From Chiloscyllium plagiosum (lineage: Eukaryota): a stretch of DNA of 64,000 bases. The position numbers and the translations under genes were made by a program. Shown here piece by piece: positions 40,359 through 53,143 of the stretch; the first letter of the stretch is position 1; every line of letters starts with the position of its first letter. A model generated the notes under the pieces. The model had not been told where the DNA came from, did not search any database, and saw nothing but the letters and a program-made list of their open reading frames with translations. The stretch is taken from positions 34,155,171 through 34,219,170 of the forward strand of contig NC_057726.1 in assembly GCF_004010195.1 (NCBI RefSeq), given 5' to 3'.

Positions 40359-40898
40359 GTAAGGCAATATCACTTCTGCGCTTCTCTCTATTAAAATTGA
40401 GTTTTCATCATTTTTGTCTTATAAAAAAAATTAACATGCAGCTATAGGAAGCAATTAAGAATGCATGTAGTACGATACAAAGGGATTGTTTTACAACAGT
40501 TATTAGTGAGAAATGTAATGCTGTGTATATTTTCAGTCTTCTTACCCAAGGATGGATGGACCTACATCAGGGAAGTACAGTAAAGTTTGTTCGATTCCTT
40601 TGATGAGGTGATTGTTCTTTAAGGAGAGGTTGAGCAATGAAAGTTTTTATTCCCTAGAATTCAGGTGAATGAGAGGTTGAAACTGACAAAATTATTAAGG
40701 ACTTGGCAGGGTGGATGCTGGGCTGTCTAGAAAGGGGTCATAGATAAGCTCGCTTAGGAGTTTGATGAGAATCCTTTTTTTTTAACTGTGTAGAGTTATG
40801 CACTGCAATTCTCAGTGCCTGATGCATTGAGTTAATTGATCTAATTAGCTTTTGAGTACTGAGTATTGTGACGGTAATGTGGGAAGGCGGAGTTGATT

Positions 40899-43800
40899 AA
40901 CATAGAATATAGAACAGTACAGCACAGAACAGGCCCTTCAGCCCACGATGTTGTGCCAACCACTGATCCTCATGTATGCACCTCAAATTTCTGTGATCAT
41001 ATGCATGTCCAGTAGTCTCTTAAATATCCCCAATGACCTTGCTTCCAAAACTGCTGCTGGCAATGCATTCCATGCTCTCACAACTCTCTCTGTAAAGAAC
41101 CCGCCTCTGACATCCCCTCTATACTTTCCTCCAACCAGCTTAAAACTATGATCCCTCGTGTTAGTCATTTCTGCCCTGGGAAATAGTCTCTGGCTATCGA
41201 CTCTATCTATGCCTCTCATTATCTTGTATACCTCAATTAAGTCCCCTCTCCTCCTCCTTTTCTCCAATGAAAAAAGTCCAAGCTCAGTCAACCACTCTTC
41301 ATAAGATAAGCCCTCCAGTCCAGGCAGCTTCCTGGTAAACCTCCTCTGAACCCTCTCCAAAGCATCCACATCTTACCGATAATAGGGCGACCAGAACTGA
41401 ACGCAGTATTCCAAGTGCGGTCTAACCAAAATTTTATAGAGCTGCAACAAGATCTCACGACTCTTAAACCCAATCCCCCTGTTAATGAAAGCCAAAACAC
41501 CATATGCTTTCTTAACAACCCTGTCCACTTGGGTGGCCATTTTAAGGGATCTATGTACCTGCACACCAAGATCCCTCTGTTCCTCCACACTGCCAAGAAT
41601 CCTATCCTTAATCCTGTACTCAGCTTTCAAATTTGACCTTCCAAAATGTATCTCCTCGCATTTATCCAAGTTGAACTCCATCTGCCACTCTCGGCCCATC
41701 TCTGCATCCTGTCAATGTCCCGCTGCAGCCTACAACAGCCCTCTATACTGTCAACGACACCTCCAACCTTTGTGTCGTCTGCAAACTTGCTGACCCATCT
41801 TTCAATCCCCTCATCCAAGTCATTAATAAAAATTACAAACAATAGAGGCCCAAAGACAGAGCCCTGCGGAACACCACTCACCACAGACTTCCAGGCAGAA
41901 TATTTTCCTTCCACTACCACTCGCTGTCTTCTGTTGGCCAGCCAATTCTGGATCCAGACAGCTANNNNNNNNNNNNNNNNNNNNNNNNNNNNNNNNNNNN
42001 NNNNNNNNNNNNNNNNNNNNNNNNNNNNNNNNNNNNNNNNNNNNNNNNNNNNNNNNNNNNNNNNNNNNNNNNNNNNNNNNNNNNNNNNNNNNNNNNNNNN
42101 NNNNNNNNNNNNNNNNNNNNNNNNNNNNNNNNNNNNNNNNNNNNNNNNNNNNNNNNNNNNNNNNNNNNNNNNNNNNNNNNNNNNNNNNNNNNNNNNNNNN
42201 NNNNNNNNNNNNNNNNNNNNNNNNNNNNNNNNNNNNNNNNNNNNNNNNNNNNNNNNNNNNNNNNNNNNNNNNNNNNNNNNNNNNNNNNNNNNNNNNNNNN
42301 NNNNNNNNNNNNNNNNNNNNNNNNNNNNNNNNNNNNNNNNNNNNNNNNNNNNNNNNNNNNNNNNNNNNNNNNNNNNNNNNNNNNNNNNNNNNNNNNNNNN
42401 NNNNNNNNNNNNNNNNNNNNNNNNNNNNNNNNNNNNNNNNNNNNAGACAAATTCCCTATGCTATCCCTGATCAGCCCTACTCTTTCTTTGACTATTCTCT
42501 TATTCCTCACATAAGTGTAAAATGCCTTTGTGTTCTCCCTAATCCGTTCTGCCAAGCCTTTCTCGTGCCCCCTCCTGGCTCTCCTCAGACCATTTTTGAG
42601 CTCCTTCCTCGCCTGCCTGTAATCCCCTAGAGCTGAGCTTGACCCTAGGTTCCTCCACCTTACGTAAGCTACCTTTTTCCTTTTGACAGGAAGCTCTACC
42701 GCTCTCGTCATCCAAGGTTCCTTTATCTTACCACTTCTTGCTTGTCTCAGAGGGACATATTTATTCATCACTTGCAGCAACTGTTCCTTAAACAGTCTCC
42801 ACTTCCCCAATTAAATATCCTCCCATTTTGCCTAATCCTCTCCTTCTCCATAGCTGTGTAGAATGTGAGGCACTTGTGGTCACTATCTCCAAAATGCTCT
42901 CCCACCACAAGATCTGATACCTGCCCCGGCTCGTTTCCGAGCACCAAGTCTAGAATGGCCTCTCCCCTCGTCGGCCTGTCAATGTTCTGAGTTAGGAAAC
43001 CCTCCTGAACACACCTTACAAAAACAACTCCATTCAAATCTTCTGCTCGAAGGAGGTTCCAATCAATATTGGGAAAGTTAAAGTCACCCATTACAACAAC
43101 CCTACTGCATCTACACTTTTCCAAAATCTGCCGACCTATGCTTTCTTCCAACTCCCTGCTGCTATTGGGGGGGGCCTGTAGTAAACCCCTAACGAGGTGA
43201 CTGCTCCCTTGCTGTTCCTAATTTCCACCCATACTGACTCGGTTGGCAGATCTTCCTTGACAATGGAAGCTTCTGTAGCTGTGATACCCTCTCTGATTAG
43301 TAGTGCTACACCCCCTACTCTTTGTCCTCCCTCCCTATTCTTTTTAAATGCTCTAAACCCTGGAACATCCAGCAACCATTCCTGCCCCTGAGAAATCCAT
43401 GTCTCTGTTATGGCCACAACATCATAGCACCAGGTACTAATCAATGCTCTAAGTTCATCACTTTTATTTCTGATACTCCTTACGTTAAAGCAAACACACT
43501 TTAACTGATCCCTTGGTTCCTTCCCAGGAAAATCCTTCCCACTAGCTGGCCTACCTCTTGCTATTGCCTCATCTGCATCAACTCTCACCTCCAGTATACA
43601 GCTCAGGTTCCCACCCCCCTGCCATACGAGTTTAAACCCTCTCGAACTACTCGAGCAAATCTTCCACCAAGGACATTAGTCCCCTTCCAGTTCAGATGCA
43701 ACCCGTCCTTCTTGTACAGGTCCCACCTTCCCCAGAAGGCATCCCAATTATCTACATATCTGAAGCCCTCCCTCCTACACCAGCTGCGCAGCCACGTGTT

Positions 43801-43970
43801 AAGCTGCGCCCGCTCCCTGTTCCTCGCCTCGCTATCTCGTGGCACCGGTAGTAAACTAGAGAACACTACTCTGTTCGTCCTGCTTTGCAGCTTCCATCAC
43901 TTTTTATATCCTCGATCCTTTTCCTGGCTATATCATTGGTGCCAATATGTAACACGATTTCTGGCTGTTC
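40899..43970 (-). mobile_element. Relatively young CR1 LINE (ORF1 esterase C-terminus, APE endonuclease, RT) in PDCD5 intron 4
   Basis: WGRWDLYKKDGLHLN (ORF1); CFNVRSI, VAITETW, VVMGDFN, SDH (endonuclease); [15 protein letters not shown] (RT); few frameshifts; 480-N gap inside. Confidence 0.92.
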
Positions 43971-44608
43971 ATTAGATTTGACCTTATTGAATGGAAGAAA
44001 GAGCTTCAAAGGCCACCTATCCTAATACTCCTAGTTATGTTCTAATGTTACTGTTTTTCATGCATTTAGAAAATGTTTTTATTTTTGTCTTAATTGACTG
44101 CAGTTACCTTTAGCAAACTAAAATGATGAAAATAATTCTAGTTGCAGTGTTTATTGAACATGGTATGTGCTGCTGATCCCATCATGGCTGATCATGAAAT
44201 GTAGGATACAGTTTCATTCTTGTCATTCTCTAATTATACCATCAAGAGGCTAGTTGTGGCTAGTTGTCCCAGCCTATGCTGACCACTGAGAAAAAGCCAC
44301 CTAGTAATGATGATTGGGCAAAACCGCTGGTATCTCTGAGTGCTGTGCTCAGACATGTGAAACGTGCAAGGCTTCTTGGGAAGTTCCCCATGACAAGATG
44401 GGAAATGAAGAAGCTAAATAATACTTTAAATATTTTTCAATGTTTGAGTTTACAGTAAATCCTAACTTAAGTAGAATATGAGGCCAGTTGTTGTGGCTGT
44501 CTGGAATGTATTGTTCCTCATTTATTTAAAGTTCACACATCATGAACACAAAATATGACATGACCTCACGACAAACGTAGAAAACCTTATTATACTGTTT
44601 GTTTTTAG

Positions 44609-44680
44609 ATTTCTGAATTAGAATTGATTGAAATCCTTGAGAAAGTCAACCAACAAACAGGAAAGCAAACTATTGTCAAG
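44609..44680 (+). CDS. PDCD5: PDCD5 exon 5 (ISELELIEILEKVNQQTGKQTIVK)
   Basis: ttttag|ATT...GTC AAG|gtaatt; 72 nt. Confidence 0.93.
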
Positions 44681-45756
44681 GTAATTGCTGATATTTGTAA
44701 GTGATATATTCGGGTTGTATTGCCTAATGATTCAAACTCTAATATATTTAATCTTTAAAAATCTGTTTTATTATCTTACTGTTTTAGCAAAACAGTCTGG
44801 TTCAATTTGAAATATAATGGGGCTACAGATGCTTCATCTTTTCAAAATGAAAGTAAAATAGATGCTTTAGCTATTTTGATGAAATTGTGTAAAGTGTTTG
44901 TTTTGGACAATTTGAAAATTAAAATCAAAAGATATAGACCAGGATCTAAAACATTCTGTAATTTTACTAAAGGAATTTGAAATGTGTCCAAACCCCACTA
45001 TTGAGATAAATAACATTCCTTTAAGATGCTGCATGATAAGCCACACAATCCGAACATGCCAGTTATCAACCTAAAAAGGCAATTTAAACCATGACTTGAA
45101 TTGTAAAGTGCCCATTTTCCAAAGAAATATGATCTCTTTCCCCCCACCAATACTCCTCCAATAAAAGTTATATTATTTGGTTAATTAGGAGCACAATTTT
45201 CTTAACTGTATCTCAAACATCTGGGACAAATGAACCAATTGTATTGGTTACAGGTCTACTATACAGCGATACCTTTCTGCTTTATTCATAATATGGAAGT
45301 CTCCTGGGCTTAACTCCACTACTAATCATTTAGGAAAATAACATTTTATAGAAGTGCTCATCTTTGCTGATCTTTTGAACAAATAAAAAATGCTTTTCAT
45401 AAATAGATCTTAAAACATCTGCATGATTCAGGGAATGTAAGCACGTGGATTATTTTTCTCAAATGCAGCTTAAAGTCTGGAGCACTGTTGTGTGATCAGA
45501 TACTAATCTTGCTGCTCCCGTTACTTAAATATTTTTTGTTGGGAAATAGAGCTTTTAGATTAGCAGCTACCTTCCTCTCCCCAAATTATCTCAAAAGTTG
45601 GAGCAAAATTTGCTCTTTAGGTAGAGTTAAATATTTGGAAGAGCGACTTGATTATAAGATAAACACTCTGCATTGAACTAATAGAATTTGAACTGGATAT
45701 AGAAACCACAGAGTTTTGAAAAAACTGACACTTTTCATATACTTTCTTTGTTTCAG

Positions 45757-45804
45757 TTTAACAGAAGAAGAGTAATGGATTCTGATGAAGAGGATGATTA
45801 CTGA
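45757..45804 (+). CDS. PDCD5: PDCD5 last coding exon (FNRRRVMDSDEEDDY*)
   Basis: tttcag|TTT AAC AGA...TAC TGA; matches PDCD5 C-terminus. Confidence 0.95.
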   Translation, partial: FNRRRVMDSDEEDDY

Positions 45805-46528
45805 CTTCTGAACGTCCAAAAACTTAATTTAATAATATGGGGAATTACAGCGAGAAAACTATGCTGACAGAGGATGGATGGATGTATTTGATATTTTTCC
45901 CCTTGTTTACTGAGAGAGTTTTTCTCTGTATAGTTTGATATCTGTGGGTGGAAATAACAAATTCTTGATAACTTGGTGGTTCAGAATGCTGTTTAGAAGG
46001 CATAGGTGGGTGGTTGTGTGGAAATTTACATGACTGACTTTTTGAAAAGGCGGAACACCACCTTGACAAAACAATTTCTCTGATTATCCCACTCACTACT
46101 CTGAGAACAGCCACTAAGGCCAAGTACAATTGTGTGCAGGTAATCCTGATGTCTAAATGGAGGAAATATTTGCAGTTTCATTTCAATCAAGTTTGAATTA
46201 AACTGCTCCAATGTGGAATATTAGAAACAAACATGACATGTAAATTGGGGATTTTGTGCAAGAAAAGAAATATGTAACTTGTTTTGCATACTTAAGTGTT
46301 GTTCTTTTTTAACTTTAATCTTTAGGGACTGCATTTATGGAAAATTGTTGGCAGACAAACAGATTTTCAGTCCATAGACTCTATGAACCACAATGTACTC
46401 CCTACTGGGAGTGTGCAGTTGGCCTTTTTTGTTTTGTTATTATGTGGGTAACAATTCTGAAATTTAATTTAAAAAGTTACCTTTCAATCAATTCCCAAAT
46501 TTTGTCCAAACCTCATTGCCTGTACAAT

Positions 46529-46618
46529 AATAAAGATGTACTTCATTTCAGTTATGTGGGTGTAGTCTGAAATTACTGCTTGTTGTAAATTGTTGAAATA
46601 TGCACTGACTGAAATAAA
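46529..46618 (+). terminator. Candidate PDCD5 polyadenylation signals
   Basis: AATAAA at 46529-46534 (preceded by TGTA, followed by GU-rich sequence) and at 46613-46618. Confidence 0.5.
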
Positions 46619-47549
46619 ATACTGCTAGAAACCTGAAATCAAAGCAAGATACAGTGAATGCACAACAGAACCAGCTGGAGCTGTAAAGAGAGAAATAGAT
46701 ATTGAGTCAGTGTAACTCAAAACACAATATGTATGGCTATTCGGTATGGATCAATGGAAAATTTGATTTACTTTTAAAGTTTGGTTTTGTTTGAGTTAAA
46801 AATAAATCCAGTCTGCCATATGAGATGATCTCCAGTTATAGGCAGTAAGATCATCAAAACTCCAAAGATTTTTGGAGAGACAATGACCTAGTTGTATTTT
46901 TACTGGACTATTATTCCAGGAACTCAACTATATGTTCTGACATGGCAGATAGTGGAATTTGAATTCAAAGAATCTGGAATTTTGGGTGTAAGGATGACCA
47001 TTAAGCCATTGTGGATTGTTGGGGGGAATACACTTAATTCACTTTGGGGAAGGAAATCAGTCATCCTTAGCTGGCATAGCCTGCATGTGACTCCAGATCC
47101 ACACTAGTACAGTTGACTTTCAACTGCCCTCTGGGCAATTAGAGTTGGGTAATAAATGCTGGTCCAGCCAGAGATGCACAAAGACAGTGAATTAAAAAAT
47201 GGTCATTCACTGTTTTATGATTGACACAAATTTTACATGAATTGTAGAGAATAGTCATCAAATGCACTTGCTACCTCCCTCAAAGAACTACTACAGTTGG
47301 AAGGGAAATGAATGCAAATTGGTAGTTTAGCCAATAAAGCAGATGCGTATTAAATTTATTTTGTATGTTCAAAAGCACATAGTAGCAAATTGGGATGTTT
47401 GGCAAGTAATCTAAATACTTGATGAGAGTTTATCTACAGTGTTAAGAGTTCAAGCCAATAAAATTAAACCATTCAGCTGTTTAAATCTCTGCTCAGGTAG
47501 TTGAGGCCAGCTATGATAGTGCCACGTCAAATGGTGCTGGTAACACCAA

Positions 47550-47780
47550 GATAGTGGTTTGCACTGCTGCCTTACAGCACCAGGGTTCCAGGTTTGATTC
47601 CAACTTTGGGCAACTGTATGTGGAGTTTGCACATTCTCCCTATGCCTACGTAGGTTCCCTCCTATGGTCCAAAGATGTGCAGGTCAGGCAAATTAGCCAT
47701 GCTAAATTACCCATAATGTTAGGTGCATTAGTCAGAGGGAAATGGGGTCTGGGTAGATTATCCTTCAGAGGGTTGGTGTA
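47550..47780 (+). mobile_element. HE1-type SINE
   Basis: gcactgctgccttacagcaccaggg...gtggagtttgcacattctccc...gtccaaagatgtgcagg. Confidence 0.75.
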
Positions 47781-48367
47781 GGAAATTAATCAAAACTGAC
47801 ATCTGCATTGCGATTAAACAGGACTGTGTTCTAGCACTGAGTTTACATGTTCTTTGCAATTATATGCTTTCATTCATCTACAGGAACTCTCTCTAAGTAA
47901 CTTTCGTATCACTAATTAATCCAAACTACAATTGGTGGGCTAATTGTCTTAAACGTTCTTCTTACTTCCTACATTTTAGCAGGTATATCACCATATCTCC
48001 CTCTAAGGGATCAGTTTTAGCACCAGTGCGCTTTGAGATATTTAGTTAACCCTCAGTAGACAGGGTACAATTTAAATGATTACAGATGCTACAAAAGTCA
48101 AAGTCAACAGCAATAAATGATAATTGAAAAAAAGACTTCAGGAGCATGCAAACCAGATTGGAACAGGCATGTGGGCGATGCCATTTACTGTCGAGAACTG
48201 AAATTATGCAGTGGTTTTAAAAAAAAATGGAGAGGCAATAGGAACTAAATAGCAGGCGATATAATATTAAGTGCTTAGTAAAAGATCATGTAGACATTAA
48301 GTACTTTGAATATTAGGGTTAGATAATTTTGTTAAAATGGAAGCTTGGTCAGTGAATTCATTTTACA

Positions 48368-48593
48368 GCTGAAAATGTGTTGCTGGAAAAGCGCAGCAGG
48401 TCAGGCAGCATCCAGGGAACAGGAGAATCGACGTTTCGGGCATAAGCCCTTCTTCAGCGTTTCCTGAAGGGCTTATGCCCGAAACATCGATTCTCCTGTT
48501 CCCTGGATGCTGCCTGACCTGCTACGCTTTTCCAGCAACACATTTTCAGCTCTGATCTCCAGCATCTGCAGACCTCACTTTCTCCTCAAAGAG
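48368..48593. mobile_element. Fold-back Penelope-derived short element with hammerhead core; 185-nt hairpin
   Basis: 48367-48551 near-perfect palindrome; minus 48457-48429 reads CTGAAGA AGGGC ttat GCCC GAA ACGT CG; TSD ttcattttaca at 48357-48367 and 48594-48604. Confidence 0.88.
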
Positions 48594-48879
48594 TTCATTT
48601 TACAACCAATTAATCTTATGCTTATTTACTTGGCATGATTAGAATACTTACCATCATGCAACAAATTAAGTCATGACTGATTATTCAAATTAAATTAGTG
48701 GCAAAATTGACTAGTGGAAACTTATGGAAATAAAAGTTAATCTAATATTTAGAAATAGACTATATTTGATTTTGGAATCATTGTCAAAATTCTAGGTTAT
48801 AAAGTCCTTTTAAAAACTTTACCTTGTATCCTTTGGTAAACAGTTTATAACTTCCTTTTCTTCCAAAAAATGTAGGGAA

Positions 48880-49210
48880 GCATGTTAGTAAAATTGGGCC
48901 TCAGTGCCAGGGCCCCTCCCCGCTCTGGTTCAATTCCACCCTCATGTGTGGTGTTTGCACATTCTCCCTCTGTCTGTGTGGGTTTCCTCAGGAGGCTGTG
49001 GTTTCCTCACACAGTCCAAATATGTGCAAGTTAGGTGGATTGGCTATGCTAGATTGTCCATAGTGTCCAGGGATGTGTATGTTAGGAGGATTAGCCATGG
49101 GAAATGCAGGGGTACAGGGAAGAGGGTGAGGTGAGGTACTTTGCGGACTGGCAGTGTGGACTCAATGGGCTGAATGGCCTGCTTCCAAACTGTATTCTTT
49201 GACTCTATAG
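48880..49210 (+). mobile_element. HE1-type SINE (degenerate)
   Basis: gtgtggtgtttgcacattctccctctgtctgtgtgggtttcctc core. Confidence 0.7.
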
Positions 49211-49266
49211 CCAGAATACACACTCAGGGAACCTGTTCCGTCATATTAACTTCTTCAAAACCAAGA

Positions 49267-49440
49267 TGTGGAGGAGCTGGTGTTGGACTGGTGTGGATAA
49301 AGTTAAAAATCACTATAACAGGTTTATTTGGAAGCACTAGCTTTCGTATCGCAGCTACCTGATGAAGGAGCAGTACCTCCGAAAGCTAGTGCTTCCTAAT
49401 AAACCTGTTGGACTAGAACTTGCTATTGTGAGATTTTTAA
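49267..49440. mobile_element. Fold-back Penelope-derived short element (second family) with hammerhead core
   Basis: TSD cttcaaaaccaaga at 49253-49266 and 49441-49454; arms aacaggtttatttggaagcactagctttcg / cgaaagctagtgcttcctaataaacctgtt; CTGATGA AGGAG...CTCC GAAAGCTA. Confidence 0.82.
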
Positions 49441-49829
49441 CTTCAAAACCAAGACAACCCTATGAACAAAATATGATACCTAGGAACAGCTGAAGGATCA
49501 TCGCTCTGGAATCTCTGACATTAGAGACACCTGCAAATGCATTCAAACATCAACTCAAGAAAGCGTATTTTACTGAATTCAGTTGAGAGATACACAAGAT
49601 TACAAATAGACTAGTGAATAGTAAAAATGGTGTTATTTGCAAAATTAGCATTTAATGTATTTAATCTGGACGTGGTTAAAATAGTGTCATCAAACATTGC
49701 AACCAAGGGACTCAAATGATGATGAAAATTACTTTAAATTGGTTACACTTGCAGTGTTCATTGTATACCCTGAAATGATGGCTGGGGCGAGGGGTAAATA
49801 AAATAATAGCAATCTTTTCCACAAAAATG

Positions 49830-49951
49830 TTTATTTTTGAATAATTTGTTTATATGAATAGTAACATTGCACATTTATAAAATTAAATAAGGCACACATT
49901 GTTATAGAAAGTCCTAGAAAAATACAGACACCAACAGAAACAAACTTTATT
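49830..49951 (-). terminator. Candidate ANKRD27 polyadenylation signals
   Basis: Minus-strand AATAAA at 49946-49951 and 49830-49835, about 430-550 nt after the stop. Confidence 0.45.
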
Positions 49952-50378
49952 TGTGCTCAATAGGAATTGGCAGGAGTTTAAAAAAATACATTTTTGATGT
50001 TTTAATGTTAAAATTACTGCCAATAATCAAGAGTGATTTTTTTAAATATATACACACAAAAATACAGATGCATGTCTAATGGAATACTACACAGTAGCTC
50101 ATGGACAAAGCTCCATTTCCCTATATATGTGCAAAGTAAAATATTGCTACTGCAATACATTTATCCATAGAGTTAAGTGCTTTCTCCTTTGTGACTGCAC
50201 AGTGGAAGTGAACTTCATACTTAGTGACAATTTTTATCCAAGGTTTCAGTTTTAGTAGATCAGTTTTCCAGCCGAAGTAGGTAGTGAGCATTGCAGTCCT
50301 TTCATGTGTGCGTACATTATGTGGGGTACCTACCTGGAGGCATTTATATTAGCAGCTCCTTTATGAACAGTTTTTGGT

Positions 50379-50702
50379 TCATAATTCACCAATATCTTTG
50401 TGGTTGCCTACTTTTGCAACATTAACTGTCTCAAAATCTGGTGAATCTTGTGAATGATTACAAAGTTCTCCACACATTCCCACAAATTCGGTGTTTCCAT
50501 TTACATCATTCAATTTACTGGGTAAAGATTTAATAAAACCTGTATCTCTCTTGTTTTGATAATTAGTCTCTGTATGGTTTGCTGCAATTAGCTTTTCTTT
50601 CTCAGTTTCAAGGTCAATGGCATAATTAAGAAACAATGCTGCACTGTGATCCTTTGTTTCAGTTTGCTTCAATTTTCTTTTGTCAAAAGTCTTGATTGCC
50701 AA
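50379..50702 (-). CDS. ANKRD27: ANKRD27 last coding exon (begins LAIKTFDKRKLKQTETKDHS)
   Basis: tctgacag|TTG GCA ATC; phase 0 matches the preceding exon; 107-codon open frame to TGA. Confidence 0.75.
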   Translation of the reverse strand: MAIKTFDKRKLKQTETKDHSAALFLNYAIDLETEKEKLIAANHTETNYQNKRDTGFIKSLPSKLNDVNGNTEFVGMCGELCNHSQDSPDFETVNVAKVGNHKDIGEL

Positions 50703-51869
50703 CTGTCAGATCAAATTATAAAAACAATGTATATAAATTAGACTACTGACTTGTTAGTAATAAAAAAAGCTTTTCAAATATTCTTAAAAACTGTTCAGTT
50801 TATTTGAAAAAGTGTCAAATCCAAATTAACAAGGCTTCACCTAGATCATGTTGGAAGCAGAGTCCTGGTGGATTGCATGGACTAGGGCTGTACATCGGGC
50901 TAGAAACTAAATAGGCAGGGCTTCAGTTGCATGGAGAATTATGGAAAAAGTTAAAAAGGGACAGGTAGCACTCTAAATAGGTTATTGAAGTTTCCAGACC
51001 AAGTAACAAGATAGAGTATGGAAAAGGTCAGGAATTTAACTTCAGGCATAGCAGATAAAAGGACAACTATGACAAGGGTGTAGTCAATGCAGGACTGAGT
51101 GTTGTGTTTAAATGCATGAAGTATATAAAATAAGGAAAATGAGCATGTAGGAGAGATTGAAATTGGCAGGTACAAAGTTGTGGTCATCGTGGACATATTT
51201 GCAAGGGGTCAGGGTTGCCTTGTTAGTAAGAATTGAAATTAAATTGATAGCAAGTAGTAACAGAGTTTGAAAGCGTAGAATCCGTGAGGGTAGAGTTGAA
51301 GAAAGGAAAACAAAATACCCTAATGGGAGTTATGTATAGGCCTCCTAGCAGTAGTCAGAATGTGGGCAGAAAATAAATCATGGGGAACTTCAATATGTTG
51401 GGAGTGGATCTCAAGCAAAGGAATCAAGGAATATGTATTTTTTTTTTGCGAACAGTTTATGGTACAGCCAACTAGGAAACAGGCAATTCTGAATTTGGTA
51501 ATTTGTAATGAGGCAGATTTGATTGGGGAGCTTAAGGTGAAGGAACATCTAGTGACCATAACATGACAGAATTTACCCTGTAGTTTAAGAGAGAAAAGCT
51601 GAAATCAGATGTAACAGTATTACAAGGGAAAGAAGTTTAATCCAGATAAATATGAGGTGCTGCATTTTGCGAGATCAAATGTTAAGGAAAAGCAGACAAT
51701 TAACAGCAGGATCCTGAACAGCATTGGTGTCCATCAGGATCTTGGAGTGCAAGTCCATAGCTTCCTGAAAGTGGCTTGCTTGCCTTTATTGCATGCCATT
51801 ATTTGCAGCAGATGGTATCATGATTTTCTTATAATTATCTAGTAAAGTTAATCCAGTTAGATTTCATAC

Positions 51870-51942
51870 CTGATGGATTAGGAGTTCATCAAATTCAGGG
51901 CTGCTTTTATCTCTTGTAACAGTCTTCTTTAAATTCTCAGAT
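51870..51942 (-). CDS. ANKRD27: ANKRD27 penultimate exon (RSENLKKTVTRDKSSPEFDELLIHQ)
   Basis: ctttgtctgtag|A TCT GAG...CAT CAG|gtatga; 73 nt, phase 2-0 fits both neighbours. Confidence 0.8.
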
Positions 51943-52779
51943 CTACAGACAAAGGTTTAACCAAAATGCTTTCAATGTCTTCAAGGGTCACATTCAGAGC
52001 AAGGTGCAGTTTTTTTTTTATCCCATCTAATTTGATTTGTTTCTATGGAAATACCAATTCTTCTGTTATCCTCTTACTTCATGAGTAAAAACATACATTG
52101 CCATAATTTTTTTTCCTTTTCCCATTTTTGGATTTTACTCTAGATAATTTTGTGAGGTCCATTATCTGAAACCACTCACATAAGCACATCCTTGCACCTA
52201 AACCTGTGATATATTCTTTCCTTTGTGAATATCTAACTAATCTGTAGTGAGGCCAGGGATCAAACTGAAATTCGCCTGAAAGCAGAAGCCAACTGTGAGA
52301 GAAACAAGTGAACAGACATTTTAGAAAGGGGTGGCTGACAGTGAAGCAAAATGCATACTTGTAACTGGATTACTTAATTAAAGCAAGATAAACAGAAAAA
52401 TTCTCAAACATTCAAGACATATTTGAATTCCCATCTTTTTAAAAAAATGTTCAAATTGCTGGTTCAAAATTTGGCATGTAACATTTGGACGTAACATTTG
52501 GTAAGAAAACAGAGTTAACACTGAGTCTTTTGACTCTTCAATCAGAGCACATGATGCTGCCAGACCTGCTGAGTTTCAACACCAAGTTCAGTTTTTGTTT
52601 CAGATTTCCAGCTTCTGCAGTTCTTGGTTTTACTTTATGCTGAATTTGGTGCTAAGTTATGAACAATTGCATATATTTTAAAAGATTTATAAAAATAATG
52701 CAGCTTGTTATTAATTAACACAGCTTCCTAATAACTTTTTAAGTTCATTACAATTTTTAAAATAAATGATATAGACACC

Positions 52780-53135
52780 TAGAGATGTACAGCACAGAAA
52801 TAGACCCTTCGGTCCAACTCATCCATGCCAACCAGATATCCCAACCCCAATCTTGTCCCACCTGCCAGCACCTGGCCCACATCCCTCCAAACCCTTCCTA
52901 TCATATACCCATCCAGATGCCTTTTAAATGTTGCAATTGTACCAGCCACCACATCCTCTGGCAGCTCATTCCATACATGTACTACCCTCTGCATGAAAAA
53001 GTTGCCCCTTAGGTCTCTTTTATATCTTTCTCCTCTCACCCTAAACCTATGCCCTCTAGTTCTGGACTCCCCAACCCAGGGAAAAGATTTTGTCTATTTA
53101 TCCTATCCATGCCCCTCAATTTTGTAAACCTCTAT
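52780..53135 (-). mobile_element. CR1 LINE 3' end fragment
   Basis: RGNFFMQRVVHVWNELP...FKRHLD and CR1 3' UTR. Confidence 0.85.
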
Positions 53136-53143
53136 AAGGGATA

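Noticed and set aside
52204-52275. 72-nt AG-GT bounded segment in an ANKRD27 intron (EFQFDPWPHYRL... in one frame)
   Set aside because: In the required phase 2 it reads R-R-I-S-V-stop, and the donor gtttag is weak; at most a poison exon, unsupported
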